This document shows, piece by piece, positions 10,695 through 19,825 of a stretch of DNA of 64,000 bases. Position numbers and translations under genes: made by a program. How positions within the stretch are numbered: the stretch's first letter is position 1; each line of letters opens with the position of its first letter. The stretch is from the NCBI GenBank assembly GCA_037441385.1, contig JBBISH010000001.1:64001-128000 (forward strand), given 5' to 3'. Under the pieces are notes generated by a model that made no database searches, was not told the origin of the DNA, and was given only the letters and a program-made list of their open reading frames with translations. Source of the stretch: Myxococcales bacterium (GTDB lineage Bacteria; Myxococcota_A; UBA9042).

Positions 10695-11582
10695 TTGGCT
10701 GGTTTTCAAGGCAAGATCCTGTTGCGCCGGGTGCTCTCGCGGCCCTACCACGTCGTTTCGCTTGTGCAGGCCGCGCGCACCCTCGCCAAACTGCAGGGTC
10801 ACGCCCATCCAGCGGTGCGGGCTGCTGCCACTGCCTGCAAGGCCGCCCTGTTGGGCAACTTCTCGCCAGACGAGCAAGCCTGGATTGCCCGAGTCGAAGC
10901 CCTCCGCAGTCGCGCAAGCCGTTCGACCGAGGTCGTCAAGATCGACGATTTCGGTGCAGTTTCACCGGACTCCAACCTGACCGCCGCGCAAATGTACACG
11001 GGCCGCGTGATCGAGCGCACCGTGGGGGCGGCCTGCAAGGGTGCCTCCAAGCCGCTGGTTTGGTCCTCGCTCCTTTTCCAGTTGGTGCGGCAGTTTGATC
11101 CAAAAACTTGCGTAGAATTGGGATGTTGCGTGGGTATCTCTGCCGGCTTCCAGGCGGGAGCGTTGCGCTTGAACGGGCACGGCGGGCACTTGTGGACGCT
11201 CGAAGGGGCACCGGCACTCGCCGAGGTTTCCCGTCGGCATTTCAACGAGATCGACGTGGATGTTGAGGTCGTCGTGGGCCGTTTCCAGGACACTCTGGCC
11301 GGCTTCCTCACCGCCCACACGCCCATTGACTATGCCTTTATCGACGGGCACCACGACGAGCAGGCAACTATTGACTATTTCGAGCAATTCTTGCCGCACT
11401 GCGGCCCGCGCGCCGTCCTGGTCTTCGACGACATCAACTGGTCGAAGGGCATGACGCGTGCATGGCGGCGCATCGAGGCGGATCCCCGCGTACCGCTTGC
11501 CTTCGATTGCGGCGAGATCGGGCTGTGCGTCATCGACGCCACGCTGACGGACCGAGTGCGGGCCCGCGTGCCGCTGCTCTAG
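10695..11582 (+). CDS. Class I SAM-dependent methyltransferase (Methyltransf_24-like)
   Basis: 'CVELGCCVGISA', 'WTLEG', 'IDYAFIDGHHDEQATIDYF', 'VLVFDDINWSKGM'. Start (TTG) is uncertain. Confidence 0.85.
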   Translation: MAGFQGKILLRRVLSRPYHVVSLVQAARTLAKLQGHAHPAVRAAATACKAALLGNFSPDEQAWIARVEALRSRASRSTEVVKIDDFGAVSPDSNLTAAQMYTGRVIERTVGAACKGASKPLVWSSLLFQLVRQFDPKTCVELGCCVGISAGFQAGALRLNGHGGHLWTLEGAPALAEVSRRHFNEIDVDVEVVVGRFQDTLAGFLTAHTPIDYAFIDGHHDEQATIDYFEQFLPHCGPRAVLVFDDINWSKGMTRAWRRIEADPRVPLAFDCGEIGLCVIDATLTDRVRARVPLL

Positions 11583-11624
11583 AGCACCGATCAGAAACCC
11601 AGTCCTGGGGGCAAACGTCGCGGC
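11581..11624 (-). repeat. Right copy of the ~45-bp inverted repeat; begins inside the methyltransferase TAG stop
   Basis: AGAGCACCGATCAGAAACCCAGTCCTGGGGGCAAACGTCGCGGC. Confidence 0.9.
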
Positions 11625-11689
11625 CTGCCTTACCGGATGGCTACTAGTGCCGTCAATGCAGTAAAAACATGTGCGATCATTGGCACTTG

Positions 11690-11873
11690 GCCCTCACCCC
11701 GCCGCCTTCGGCATCTGCCCCGCTCTCCCGGCGCCGTTGGCGCCACTCGCTCGCTTCGCTCACCGCGGGGATCCCTCCTCTCCCAACGCTTTGGGCGAGG
11801 GGCAATGCAATTTCCCTTTACCCCTCGCCCACTTCAGTGGGAGAGGGGTCGGCCGCAGGCCGGGGGTGAGGGC
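11690..11873. repeat. REP-like nested palindromic element between convergent genes
   Basis: Outer inverted repeat GCCCTCACCCC (11690-11700) / GGGGTGAGGGC (11863-11873). Inner hairpins CCTCTCCCAA-CGCT-TTGGGCGAGG and CCCCTCGCCCAC-TTCA-GTGGGAGAGGGG. Confidence 0.75.
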
Positions 11874-11914
11874 TATTCGACCGGGCGGCAGAGTATGCAA
11901 CCGGTAAGGCCGGG

Positions 11915-13417
11915 TCACGGGCAAGCCCCCGTCACCGTCAGCTCGTCGACCAGGAGCCCCAACTTCTGCTTGTTCGACGTGTCCCACTTGACCTGATCGA
12001 ACCACACCCGCAACTTGACCGACTTGCCGCCCAACGTGCTGGGCATGGCCACCTGCTGGTGCAGCCACTTGGCGCTGGTCGTGCCGGTATTCAAGTCCTT
12101 GTTCTTGCTCCAAAGATTGGCCAACACCGCCCCCGAGGTCGGGTCGACGGCATCGATGCCCGCTTGATGAATTGACGCGCCCGGCGACACATCCAACAGC
12201 ACCCAGAAATCCAGGCCGGGATTGGCCGGCAGCGCGATGACCGGGCTGGTCGCCGCGCCCTTGTTTGGGGTCTGGTCCTCGAACGAGACCTGGCCGGGCA
12301 CGCCGTAGCGCAGACAGCCAGCCCCGGCGACCTTGGTGAGCGTGCCAAAGTGGAAGTACACGCTCTTGCTCGACTGCTCCAGGGCGAAGCCGTTCAGCGC
12401 CGCCGCGTCAAAGTGGTACCACAGGTGCGTGCCACTGCCGCTGGCCTTTTGCGAACTGCAGGTCTGGGCCTGGCAGGTGTCGACCATGCACGCCACGTCC
12501 TTGGCGCACTGCGCATTGTTGCTGCAGCAGCCGAGCATCTTGCCGGGCGGGCTGTAGCTGCAGAACTCGCCCGCGCAGGTGCCCAGCGAGCAGGCGTTGC
12601 TGGTACAGCCCTGGCCGCCTGGGCACGTCGCGGCCTGGCCGGCCCAAACGTGCGTGCACTTGCCCGCTTTGCAGGCGTCTGCGCTGTCGTCGTTGCCGTC
12701 GCTGCACTCGCCGTCGCTCAGGCAGCAGTTGACGGCCGGAGGATGCAAGCACACGCCACCGCTGCACAAATCCTGGGTGCAGGGTTTGCCGTCGTCGCAC
12801 TCTTTGTCGGCGGTGCAGCACACGCCCTTGGGGGTCCACACGCACTTGCCGCCGGTGCACGCGTCCGTGGTGCAGTCGCTGCCGTCGTCGCAGTCGGCCA
12901 GGCTCTGGCAGCAGCCAAAGATGGGGTCGTGCTTGCAGGTGCCGTCGGGCAGGCATTGCTCCAACGTGCACGGATCCTTGTCGTCGCAGTCGGCGTTGAC
13001 GGTGCAGAGCGTAGTCTTGTCAAAGCACAGGTACGTAAAGGTGTTGCAGCCTTGGTTGGCCTTGCAGTCCTGGTCGGTGGCGCATTGAAAGCCCTTGCAG
13101 ATGCCCTTGTAGCAGAAGTAGGGCGGTGTGCCGGGCTCCGGGCTGGCGGCGTTGCAGTCGGGGTCCGCCGTACACGTCTTCTGGCCGCAGGTCGTGCCCT
13201 TGCACGCCTGCCAGGGGTCGCACGGCGGATCGCAGGTGGCGGGGCCGCTCGTGTCGGTTACCGCAGTATCCTGGCTGACTTGCGTGTCATAGCCCACCGT
13301 CTCGTCCGGCCCAACGGTGTCTGGGCTGGGCTTGGGGCTGCTGCCGCCCAAGAGCGAGTCGCAGCCTACACACGTCAGCGCGGCGGCGAGCAAGTAGACA
13401 TTCATCAAGTTCTTCAT
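11915..13417 (-). CDS. Cysteine-rich lipoprotein with a C-terminal beta-sandwich-like domain
   Basis: MKNLMNVYLLAAALTCVGC lipoprotein signal. Repeats 'CCxxDxxCDDGxxCTxDxC'. Cys-poor, beta-rich C-terminal ~165 aa. Confidence 0.8.
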   Translation of the reverse strand: MKNLMNVYLLAAALTCVGCDSLLGGSSPKPSPDTVGPDETVGYDTQVSQDTAVTDTSGPATCDPPCDPWQACKGTTCGQKTCTADPDCNAASPEPGTPPYFCYKGICKGFQCATDQDCKANQGCNTFTYLCFDKTTLCTVNADCDDKDPCTLEQCLPDGTCKHDPIFGCCQSLADCDDGSDCTTDACTGGKCVWTPKGVCCTADKECDDGKPCTQDLCSGGVCLHPPAVNCCLSDGECSDGNDDSADACKAGKCTHVWAGQAATCPGGQGCTSNACSLGTCAGEFCSYSPPGKMLGCCSNNAQCAKDVACMVDTCQAQTCSSQKASGSGTHLWYHFDAAALNGFALEQSSKSVYFHFGTLTKVAGAGCLRYGVPGQVSFEDQTPNKGAATSPVIALPANPGLDFWVLLDVSPGASIHQAGIDAVDPTSGAVLANLWSKNKDLNTGTTSAKWLHQQVAMPSTLGGKSVKLRVWFDQVKWDTSNKQKLGLLVDELTVTGACP

Positions 13418-13433
13418 GCTGCGCTCCCCGCGG

Positions 13434-15443
13434 CTACAGTAGATGCGTTTGCCAGAACAGCGCCACGGCCTGCACCAACGCCTCGCGGTTGGTCTTCTTC
13501 TGGAAGCCGTGGCCCTCGTCCTTGGCCAGCAGGTACCAGACCGCCTTACCGGCCTGCCGCACCGCCGCGACCACCTGCTCGGCCTCACTGCGCGGAACCC
13601 GTGGATCATTAGCGCCTTGCGCGACAAACAGCGCGCTGTGGATGCGGGCGGCGTGGCTGAGCGGCGAAATGTGCTGCAAAAACTCGCGCATGCCCGGATC
13701 GCGCTCGTCGCCGTACTCGGCGCGGCGGTTGTCGCGGCGATAGGCCTGGGTATTCTCTAAGAACGTCACAAAGTTGCTGATGCCCACGATGTCCACGCCG
13801 GCCCGCAACTGCTCGCCGTAGTGCACCAGCGCCGCCAGCACCATGTAGCCGCCGTACGAGCCGCCATAGACCGCTGCGCGCTTGGGATCCAGGTCGGGTT
13901 GCGTGCGCGCCCAATCGAGCAGCGCGCCGATGTCGCTCACCGAATCCTCGCGCTTTTTGCCATTGTCCAAGGCCAGGTAGGTCTTGCCGTAGCCGTCGCT
14001 GCCGCGCACGTTCGGCACCAGCACCGCCACCCCCAGTTCGGCCAGCCACAGCTGGATCGATGGGTCAAAGCCCGGCCGGGCCTGCCCCTCGGGCCCGCCG
14101 TGAATGTTGATCACAAAGGGAAACGGGCCCTTGCCCGCAGGCTTGTACACAAAGCAAGGGATCTGCCGCGCCGCCTTGCCCACCCGGTCAAAGGTCGGGT
14201 AGTGCACCAGCGTCGGCTCAGCAAAGGCTTTGGGGTCCAGGCCACCGGTCTCGCCCTCGGTCCAGCGCTGTACCACGGGCGCCTTCTTGGGATTCTCCCA
14301 CCGCAACGTCCACACGTCGCCCGGCGACGCCGGTGCCGTCAGCCCCACCGCCACCGCCTTGCCATCCGGACTCCAGCGCAGCTCGCGAATCACGCCATTG
14401 GGCAGGCCCGCCACGGGCGCCGGCTTGCCGTCGTCGCCCAGCACGTACAGCCGCGACCAGCCGTCGTCGTTGACAACCAGCGCCACCCTGCCCGTACTCG
14501 ACACCGCGAACATCTCGACATTCCATCGGATATTCTGGGTCACCCACTGCAGCGCGCCGTCTTTGCCCTGGTGTGCCAGGCGCATGAAGTCGTCGCCCCA
14601 GTCGCTCGTCAGCCACACGCTGCCATCGGGAGCAAAGGCCGCGTCGCCAAAGGCCACCGTCTTGCCCTCCAACTCGGGCAGCAGCGGCGTCACCTTGCCG
14701 GTCGCCAGGTCCAACAGATGCGGCACCGACTCTTCAATCGAGATGAACTTGATGATCATCAAGCGCTTGCCGTCCGGCGACCAGTCCGCCACGCGCCAGT
14801 TCCCGGTCAATTCCACCGCGCGCTTGGGCGGTTCGCTGCTGTCGGCCGCCCAGACATACACGTCGAAGTCCTTGCCGTTGCGGCCCGTGCCCACAAACGC
14901 CAACTGCTTGCCGTCAGCCGACCAGACCGGCGTGTCGTGCCGGGATTTGCCATCGGTCAGCAGCCGCATGCTGCCGTCGCGGCGGCGCAACAAAGACAGC
15001 TGATAGAACTCGCTGCCGCCCTTGTCCACGCCCAACACCAACTCGTCGCCACCGCTGGTCGCGGGCCGCGCCGCGGCGAACGCCACCGGTTCGTCCAAGA
15101 AGGTCCACTGACTGCGCGCCCCCAAAGGCATCGCCAGCTTGTGCAGTTGCATCGTTTCGGCAAAGCGGGTCAGGATGAACAGCCCGCTGCTGTCGGCCGC
15201 CCAATCCGCCAAACGCGCCGGCCGCACGTTGGTGTATTGGGCCGCCCGCCGCGCCAACTCACTTGGAATTTCGGGCACATCCTCAAGCACCAGGCTGCCC
15301 TTGGCGCGAAGCGTGACCGTAGGAGTCCGCTCAGGCGCCTGCACCCGCGGCAATGACTCGGCCCACGCCGGCAGGGTCGGCAGGGCCGCAACCCCCAACA
15401 CCAGCAAAGCAATTCGCCATGACCACTTGCCCACGCCTGCCAT
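13434..15443 (-). CDS. S9 family (prolyl oligopeptidase / acylaminoacyl peptidase-like) serine peptidase, secreted
   Basis: Signal peptide, TolB-like propeller 'WSPDGK', 'IHGGPE', nucleophile GGSYGG, 'GANDPRVP', 'DEGHGF'. Confidence 0.95.
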   Translation of the reverse strand: MAGVGKWSWRIALLVLGVAALPTLPAWAESLPRVQAPERTPTVTLRAKGSLVLEDVPEIPSELARRAAQYTNVRPARLADWAADSSGLFILTRFAETMQLHKLAMPLGARSQWTFLDEPVAFAAARPATSGGDELVLGVDKGGSEFYQLSLLRRRDGSMRLLTDGKSRHDTPVWSADGKQLAFVGTGRNGKDFDVYVWAADSSEPPKRAVELTGNWRVADWSPDGKRLMIIKFISIEESVPHLLDLATGKVTPLLPELEGKTVAFGDAAFAPDGSVWLTSDWGDDFMRLAHQGKDGALQWVTQNIRWNVEMFAVSSTGRVALVVNDDGWSRLYVLGDDGKPAPVAGLPNGVIRELRWSPDGKAVAVGLTAPASPGDVWTLRWENPKKAPVVQRWTEGETGGLDPKAFAEPTLVHYPTFDRVGKAARQIPCFVYKPAGKGPFPFVINIHGGPEGQARPGFDPSIQLWLAELGVAVLVPNVRGSDGYGKTYLALDNGKKREDSVSDIGALLDWARTQPDLDPKRAAVYGGSYGGYMVLAALVHYGEQLRAGVDIVGISNFVTFLENTQAYRRDNRRAEYGDERDPGMREFLQHISPLSHAARIHSALFVAQGANDPRVPRSEAEQVVAAVRQAGKAVWYLLAKDEGHGFQKKTNREALVQAVALFWQTHLL

Positions 15444-15557
15444 CGCCGCTCCGCCGGGCCCCCGCGGCGCCCGCCGCCGCCCATGGTGACGCAGCCGGAC
15501 CGGCCAAGCAACCGCGCGGCTTGCCTCCGCAGGCCAAAATCGCTAGGTTGCAGCCCC

Positions 15558-16241
15558 ATGAAGAAACCCAAGCCGCCTCCACCCAAGCAGCCGGCCCAGC
15601 CGCGCGGCACGTTTGGCGACACGGCCGCCCCGCACAAGCCGTTCGCCAGCGCGCTGGGCGACCTGAAAAAGCAAGTGCAAGCCCAAGAGCGCGCTCAGAA
15701 AGCCGAGGAGGAGCGCCGGGCGCGCATGCCGCCGCCGCCCCCGCCGCCACCGCAAGAGCTGAGCGACGACGAACTGTTGGCGATGGCCATGAGCGGCGTC
15801 AAGCCCCTGGCGGGCCCCGAGCGAGTGGGCAAACCCACGCCTGCCAGTCTGCCGCAGGCCCCACAAGGTCGCGAACCAGCACCGCAATTGGGCCAAGAGC
15901 CCGACGAACCCGACTGGTGGTCCGCCAAGGTCGACGTCGCCTTTTTGTGGTCCCTGGGCGGCGACCGACCGTGGCAAAAGCGAGTCCAGCTCAAGGGCTG
16001 CGACCCAAGCAGCTTGGGCCCCGACATCGCCCGCGCTATCGTCCGCGCCCGCGAGCAGCACCACGGCTGCCTGCTGCTGGCCTTCGACGCCGGGCTGGTG
16101 CCGCAAGGCCTGCGCGTAGGCACATGGATTCGTGCCTATATACGGAAGGATCAGCGCCAGAACGTCATCGGATACATGACGGCCAAGCCCGCAGATGGCG
16201 GAACTCAGGCCATTTACCTGTGGGTACGGCCCAAGGTCTAG
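15558..16241 (+). CDS. Degenerate Smr/MutS2 C-terminal domain protein
   Basis: N-terminal 'DDELLAMAMSGVKPL' and C-terminal 'VIGYMTAKPADGGTQAIYLWVR' resemble SmrA/B. The LDLHG and HGKG motifs are replaced. Confidence 0.55.
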   Translation: MKKPKPPPPKQPAQPRGTFGDTAAPHKPFASALGDLKKQVQAQERAQKAEEERRARMPPPPPPPPQELSDDELLAMAMSGVKPLAGPERVGKPTPASLPQAPQGREPAPQLGQEPDEPDWWSAKVDVAFLWSLGGDRPWQKRVQLKGCDPSSLGPDIARAIVRAREQHHGCLLLAFDAGLVPQGLRVGTWIRAYIRKDQRQNVIGYMTAKPADGGTQAIYLWVRPKV

Positions 16242-17666
16242 CTAGATCTTGCGGCGAATCGGCAGGTCTTCGTTGACCCGCATCGGGTCCATGCCGGCGT
16301 AGTAGGCCTTGGTCGGGCGGTTGAACAGCGCCTTGGTCGTCAGCACCAGCAGGCCAAAGGCGACGAACAGGCCGCGCACCGCCCACTTGGTCATGTTGAA
16401 CAGCGCGTCCTCTTTCTCTAGGTCATTCAAGATCTTCCAGCGACGGGCAAAGCCGTCGACCACGGCGAATTCGCGCTTGGTCGCGGTCTTGAGCTCCTGG
16501 TCGGTCATCCGGTCCACTTCGCGCAGCTTCTTCTCCAGGTCGCGTTTGCGGGGATCGTAGCGGTCGCTGATCTTGGCCAGTTCGTCAAAGTGGCGCTTGC
16601 TGGCGAATTCCTCGGCCTTGCGGTTGGTTTCGCTGCGGCGGTCGATCTCGGCCTGGCGCGCCGCCTTGGCCTCGGCCAGCTCGCGCTCTAGCCCGAGCCG
16701 CTCGTCGTTCAGGCGGAACCACTTGGGCCCCTTGCCCTTGGTGCCCGAACGCCAGCCCTTCTCTTCCTGAGTCAGCTCGGCCAGCACGCCATTGAGCTGC
16801 TTGTCCAAATCCGCAATACGCACGTCGTGTTGCGGCACTTCCAGCGACTCGAGCTTCAGGACCGGCGCCTCTTCTTTCAGCCGCGTGCGCGCCTTGCCTT
16901 CCTCGCCGGCGGTGTCGTCGATGTCTTTGCGAATGTCGCCGCGCAGTTGCTGCCGCGCACCTTCGCGCACGCCTTGGAGCTCGCCGTTCAGCCGACCTTG
17001 GATGACGTCGTTGAACACCATCAATTCCACCGGGATCGCCGTCACGGTGGCGAACAAGATCACCACAGCCACGCGCATCAGGATCGCCGGATTCAAGAAC
17101 AGCGGCAGCTTGGCGCCGTAGACGTCGGCCGTGAGCACAAATCGCTCGAAGATCAAGATGATCGACGCGATCAAGAAGGCGAACAGCACCGCCGGCGTCC
17201 AACCCGGCCAGCCCATCGCGTTGACAAAAACCCAGCGAAAACCCAGGGTCCAGGCCAGCATGTCCATGCAAAACTGCACGCCCATCAACACGACGCCAAA
17301 GCCGACCTGGGCCTGTACGGTGCGCGGCATGGGGCCGTGTTCGTCCAAGACCAGCAGGCGGATCAGCGGGTGCAGCCACGTGCGGGCATACAAGTCCATA
17401 TAGGGCGCCACTTGGATGCGCTGATGCGGCACGCGCGGCGCGGCTGCAGCAACCGCTTCGGTCGGGGCAACCGGCTTGCTTGCGGGGCGCTCCGGCAGGT
17501 GCGGCAGCTCAGCGCGCTCGCCACCGGGCTCATTCGCATGATCCGCACCGTGGCCGATGCGGGCAGCGTCCAGCTCGGCGATGTCCACGAGTTCGTCTTG
17601 CGGATCCACCACTTCAAGGGTCCGCCCACCTTCGAGCTCGCGCGCTTTGACCGACGACAACGCCAT
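16242..17666 (-). CDS. DUF4407-like membrane / coiled-coil protein
   Basis: TM block 'IILIFERFVL...RVAVVILFATVTAIPVELMVF', coiled coil with 'EEKG..SGTKGKGPKW', 'GFARRWKIL', C-terminal TM. Confidence 0.7.
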   Translation of the reverse strand: MALSSVKARELEGGRTLEVVDPQDELVDIAELDAARIGHGADHANEPGGERAELPHLPERPASKPVAPTEAVAAAAPRVPHQRIQVAPYMDLYARTWLHPLIRLLVLDEHGPMPRTVQAQVGFGVVLMGVQFCMDMLAWTLGFRWVFVNAMGWPGWTPAVLFAFLIASIILIFERFVLTADVYGAKLPLFLNPAILMRVAVVILFATVTAIPVELMVFNDVIQGRLNGELQGVREGARQQLRGDIRKDIDDTAGEEGKARTRLKEEAPVLKLESLEVPQHDVRIADLDKQLNGVLAELTQEEKGWRSGTKGKGPKWFRLNDERLGLERELAEAKAARQAEIDRRSETNRKAEEFASKRHFDELAKISDRYDPRKRDLEKKLREVDRMTDQELKTATKREFAVVDGFARRWKILNDLEKEDALFNMTKWAVRGLFVAFGLLVLTTKALFNRPTKAYYAGMDPMRVNEDLPIRRKI

Positions 17667-17881
17667 GTGCCACTCACCTGCCCCTGCAGTCCGAACAACG
17701 AATCTGCAGAATTCTCGGCTGTTCCCTGTTTGGTGGCCCGCCGCGCAAGTCCGCGGCAGGGCACTCAAGAACGCAAAAGGATACTTGTTTCCACCGCGGG
17801 CGTCCAGCAAATCCAACGCCTGGGCCCCACAACCTATTCCAGGCTGGTGCGTCCCAGGCGTGCCTGCGGTAGGCTGCGGCG

Positions 17882-18553
17882 ATGGAGGTTGCGATGCTGG
17901 GTTGGCTGGCCCTGATGGTCCTGCAAGTGGCGGCGGCAGAACGGGTTCACCCCGGCGCTGAGCCGCTGGGCGCCCAAGATGCACCGTACGTCCTAGACGG
18001 CGTGCCGCGCTGGATCCCAGGCAAGGGGCCCCTGCACTGCCCCAAAGTGCCTCTGACCCTCTACCGTGGCCAGTCGCTCAAGTATGCCGGCGCGGTGATG
18101 GTCCATCCGGAATTCGCCAAGCACTTGGCCCTGTTCGAAGAAGTCGCGCGCGACACGGCCATCGAGGTCTACGGCCGCGCCCCCAAGGCGATCCGCCACC
18201 TGGGCACGCTCAACTGCCGCCGCATCCGCACCTGGCCCGAGCTGCTGTCCGAGCACGGCCTAGGCAATGGCATCGACGTCGCCGGTTTTGACCTGCCCGC
18301 GCTGGGCAAAGGCGATCCGCACTACGCCAGTACGCCGGTGGCATTGCGCGGACCGCTCCAAATCCGGCTGGCACAGCACTGGCAAGGCGGCGCCAGCGAA
18401 ACGGCCAAGGCCCACGCGCACTTCCTGCACTTGCTGGCGCAGCGCCTGACCGATCGCAAAGACATCTTCCGCGTGCTGCTGGGCCCGGCCTACCCCGGCC
18501 ACAAAGACCACTTCCACTTCGATTGTGCGCCCTGGCGCCTGGTCACGATCTAG
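17882..18553 (+). CDS. Extensin-like C-terminal domain protein (secreted)
   Basis: 'HLGTLNCRRI...SEHGLGNGIDVAGF...LGPAYPGHKDHFHFD' and a signal peptide. Confidence 0.85.
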   Translation: MEVAMLGWLALMVLQVAAAERVHPGAEPLGAQDAPYVLDGVPRWIPGKGPLHCPKVPLTLYRGQSLKYAGAVMVHPEFAKHLALFEEVARDTAIEVYGRAPKAIRHLGTLNCRRIRTWPELLSEHGLGNGIDVAGFDLPALGKGDPHYASTPVALRGPLQIRLAQHWQGGASETAKAHAHFLHLLAQRLTDRKDIFRVLLGPAYPGHKDHFHFDCAPWRLVTI

Positions 18554-18596
18554 CGAACGTTCAGGCAACTGCGTACCATCCAGGGCGAGGTGACCC

Positions 18597-19301
18597 ATGC
18601 CGTGGTTGTTCGATCCACCTGCCCCGCCCTCGCTGGCCATCGCCGGCCGCCCCGAGCGGCTGCCGGTGCGGCGCATCTGGTGCGTTGGGCGCAATTATCG
18701 CGCGCATATTCAAGAGATGGGTGGTGATCCGCAACGTGATACACCTATTTTCTTCGCCAAACCTGCTGATGCGATTCTACAAATATCAAGTGGAACCCTG
18801 GGTCAGCTCCCCTACCCGCCTCGCACCAACGATTTCCACTACGAGGCAGAACTGGTCATTGCTATTGGCCGTTTTGGCCGATCGATCGCGCCCGAGGTCG
18901 CCTTGGACCACGTGTTGGGCTACGCAGTGGGCCTGGACATGACCCGCCGCGATGCCCAGCGCGCCGCCAAGGCGACGGGCGGACCGTGGGAACTAGCCAA
19001 ATCCTTTGATGATTCGGCGGTGATTGGCGATCTGCACTTGGCCAGCGAGGTCGGGCATCGCCACCAGGGCCGGCTGAGCCTGGCGGTGGACGGAGTGGCC
19101 AAGCAGAACGCCGATCTGGCCGAAATGATCTGGAATGTTCCCCTCATCGTCGCGCACTTGTCGCAATGGGTCGCGATCGCTCCGGGCGACCTGATCTACA
19201 CGGGCACGCCCGAAGGAGTGGGCGCCGTGGTGCCCGGCCAGCGCATGTACGCCTCGATCGACGGCTTGGGCAGCCTGGCCGTAGAGGTGGTGTCCCCTTG
19301 A
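18597..19301 (+). CDS. Fumarylacetoacetate hydrolase family protein
   Basis: 'RRIWCVGRNYRAH', 'FFAKP', 'HYEAEL', 'GLDMTRRD', 'PGDLIYTGTPEGVG'. Confidence 0.95.
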   Translation: MPWLFDPPAPPSLAIAGRPERLPVRRIWCVGRNYRAHIQEMGGDPQRDTPIFFAKPADAILQISSGTLGQLPYPPRTNDFHYEAELVIAIGRFGRSIAPEVALDHVLGYAVGLDMTRRDAQRAAKATGGPWELAKSFDDSAVIGDLHLASEVGHRHQGRLSLAVDGVAKQNADLAEMIWNVPLIVAHLSQWVAIAPGDLIYTGTPEGVGAVVPGQRMYASIDGLGSLAVEVVSP

Positions 19302-19825
19302 GCCACTGGACGCCCTTGCCGAATGCGACGTTCGCCGCCCTCGACTTCGAGACGGCCGACCGGCACAGCGACAGCGCCTGCGCCATCGGGCTGGCGTTGG
19401 TGCAAAACGGCGAGGTGGTGCGCGTGTTGCACCGGCATATCCGTCCGCCGCGCAACAGCTTTGAGCACAGCTGGGTGCACGGCATCACCTGGGACGACGT
19501 GCGCGAAGCCCCCACGTTTGGCGAGCTCTGGCCCGAGATCGCATCGTTCCTGCAGGGTTGCGAGTTCCTGGTCGCGCACAACGCCGGCTTCGAGCGGCGC
19601 GTGCTGACCACCTGCCTGGGCGCCGTGGGCTTGGCCCTGCCCAGTCAGCCGATCCACTGCACCGTGCAGTTGGCCAAGCGCACCTGGCCGATTCCCAAAC
19701 ACAATCTGCCCAGTGTGTGCGCCCACCTGGGCATTGCGCTGCGCCACCACGACGCGGCATCCGACGCCGAAGCCTGCGCGCGCATCGTGCTGGCGGCGGC
19801 CCGGCAAGGCGAAGGCACACCATGA
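19298..19825 (+). CDS. DEDDh 3'-5' exonuclease (DNA polymerase III epsilon-like)
   Basis: 'ALDFETA', 'VHGIT', 'LVAHNAGFE', 'HHDAASDAEAC'; TTG start overlaps the upstream TGA. Confidence 0.9.
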   Translation: MSHWTPLPNATFAALDFETADRHSDSACAIGLALVQNGEVVRVLHRHIRPPRNSFEHSWVHGITWDDVREAPTFGELWPEIASFLQGCEFLVAHNAGFERRVLTTCLGAVGLALPSQPIHCTVQLAKRTWPIPKHNLPSVCAHLGIALRHHDAASDAEACARIVLAAARQGEGTP

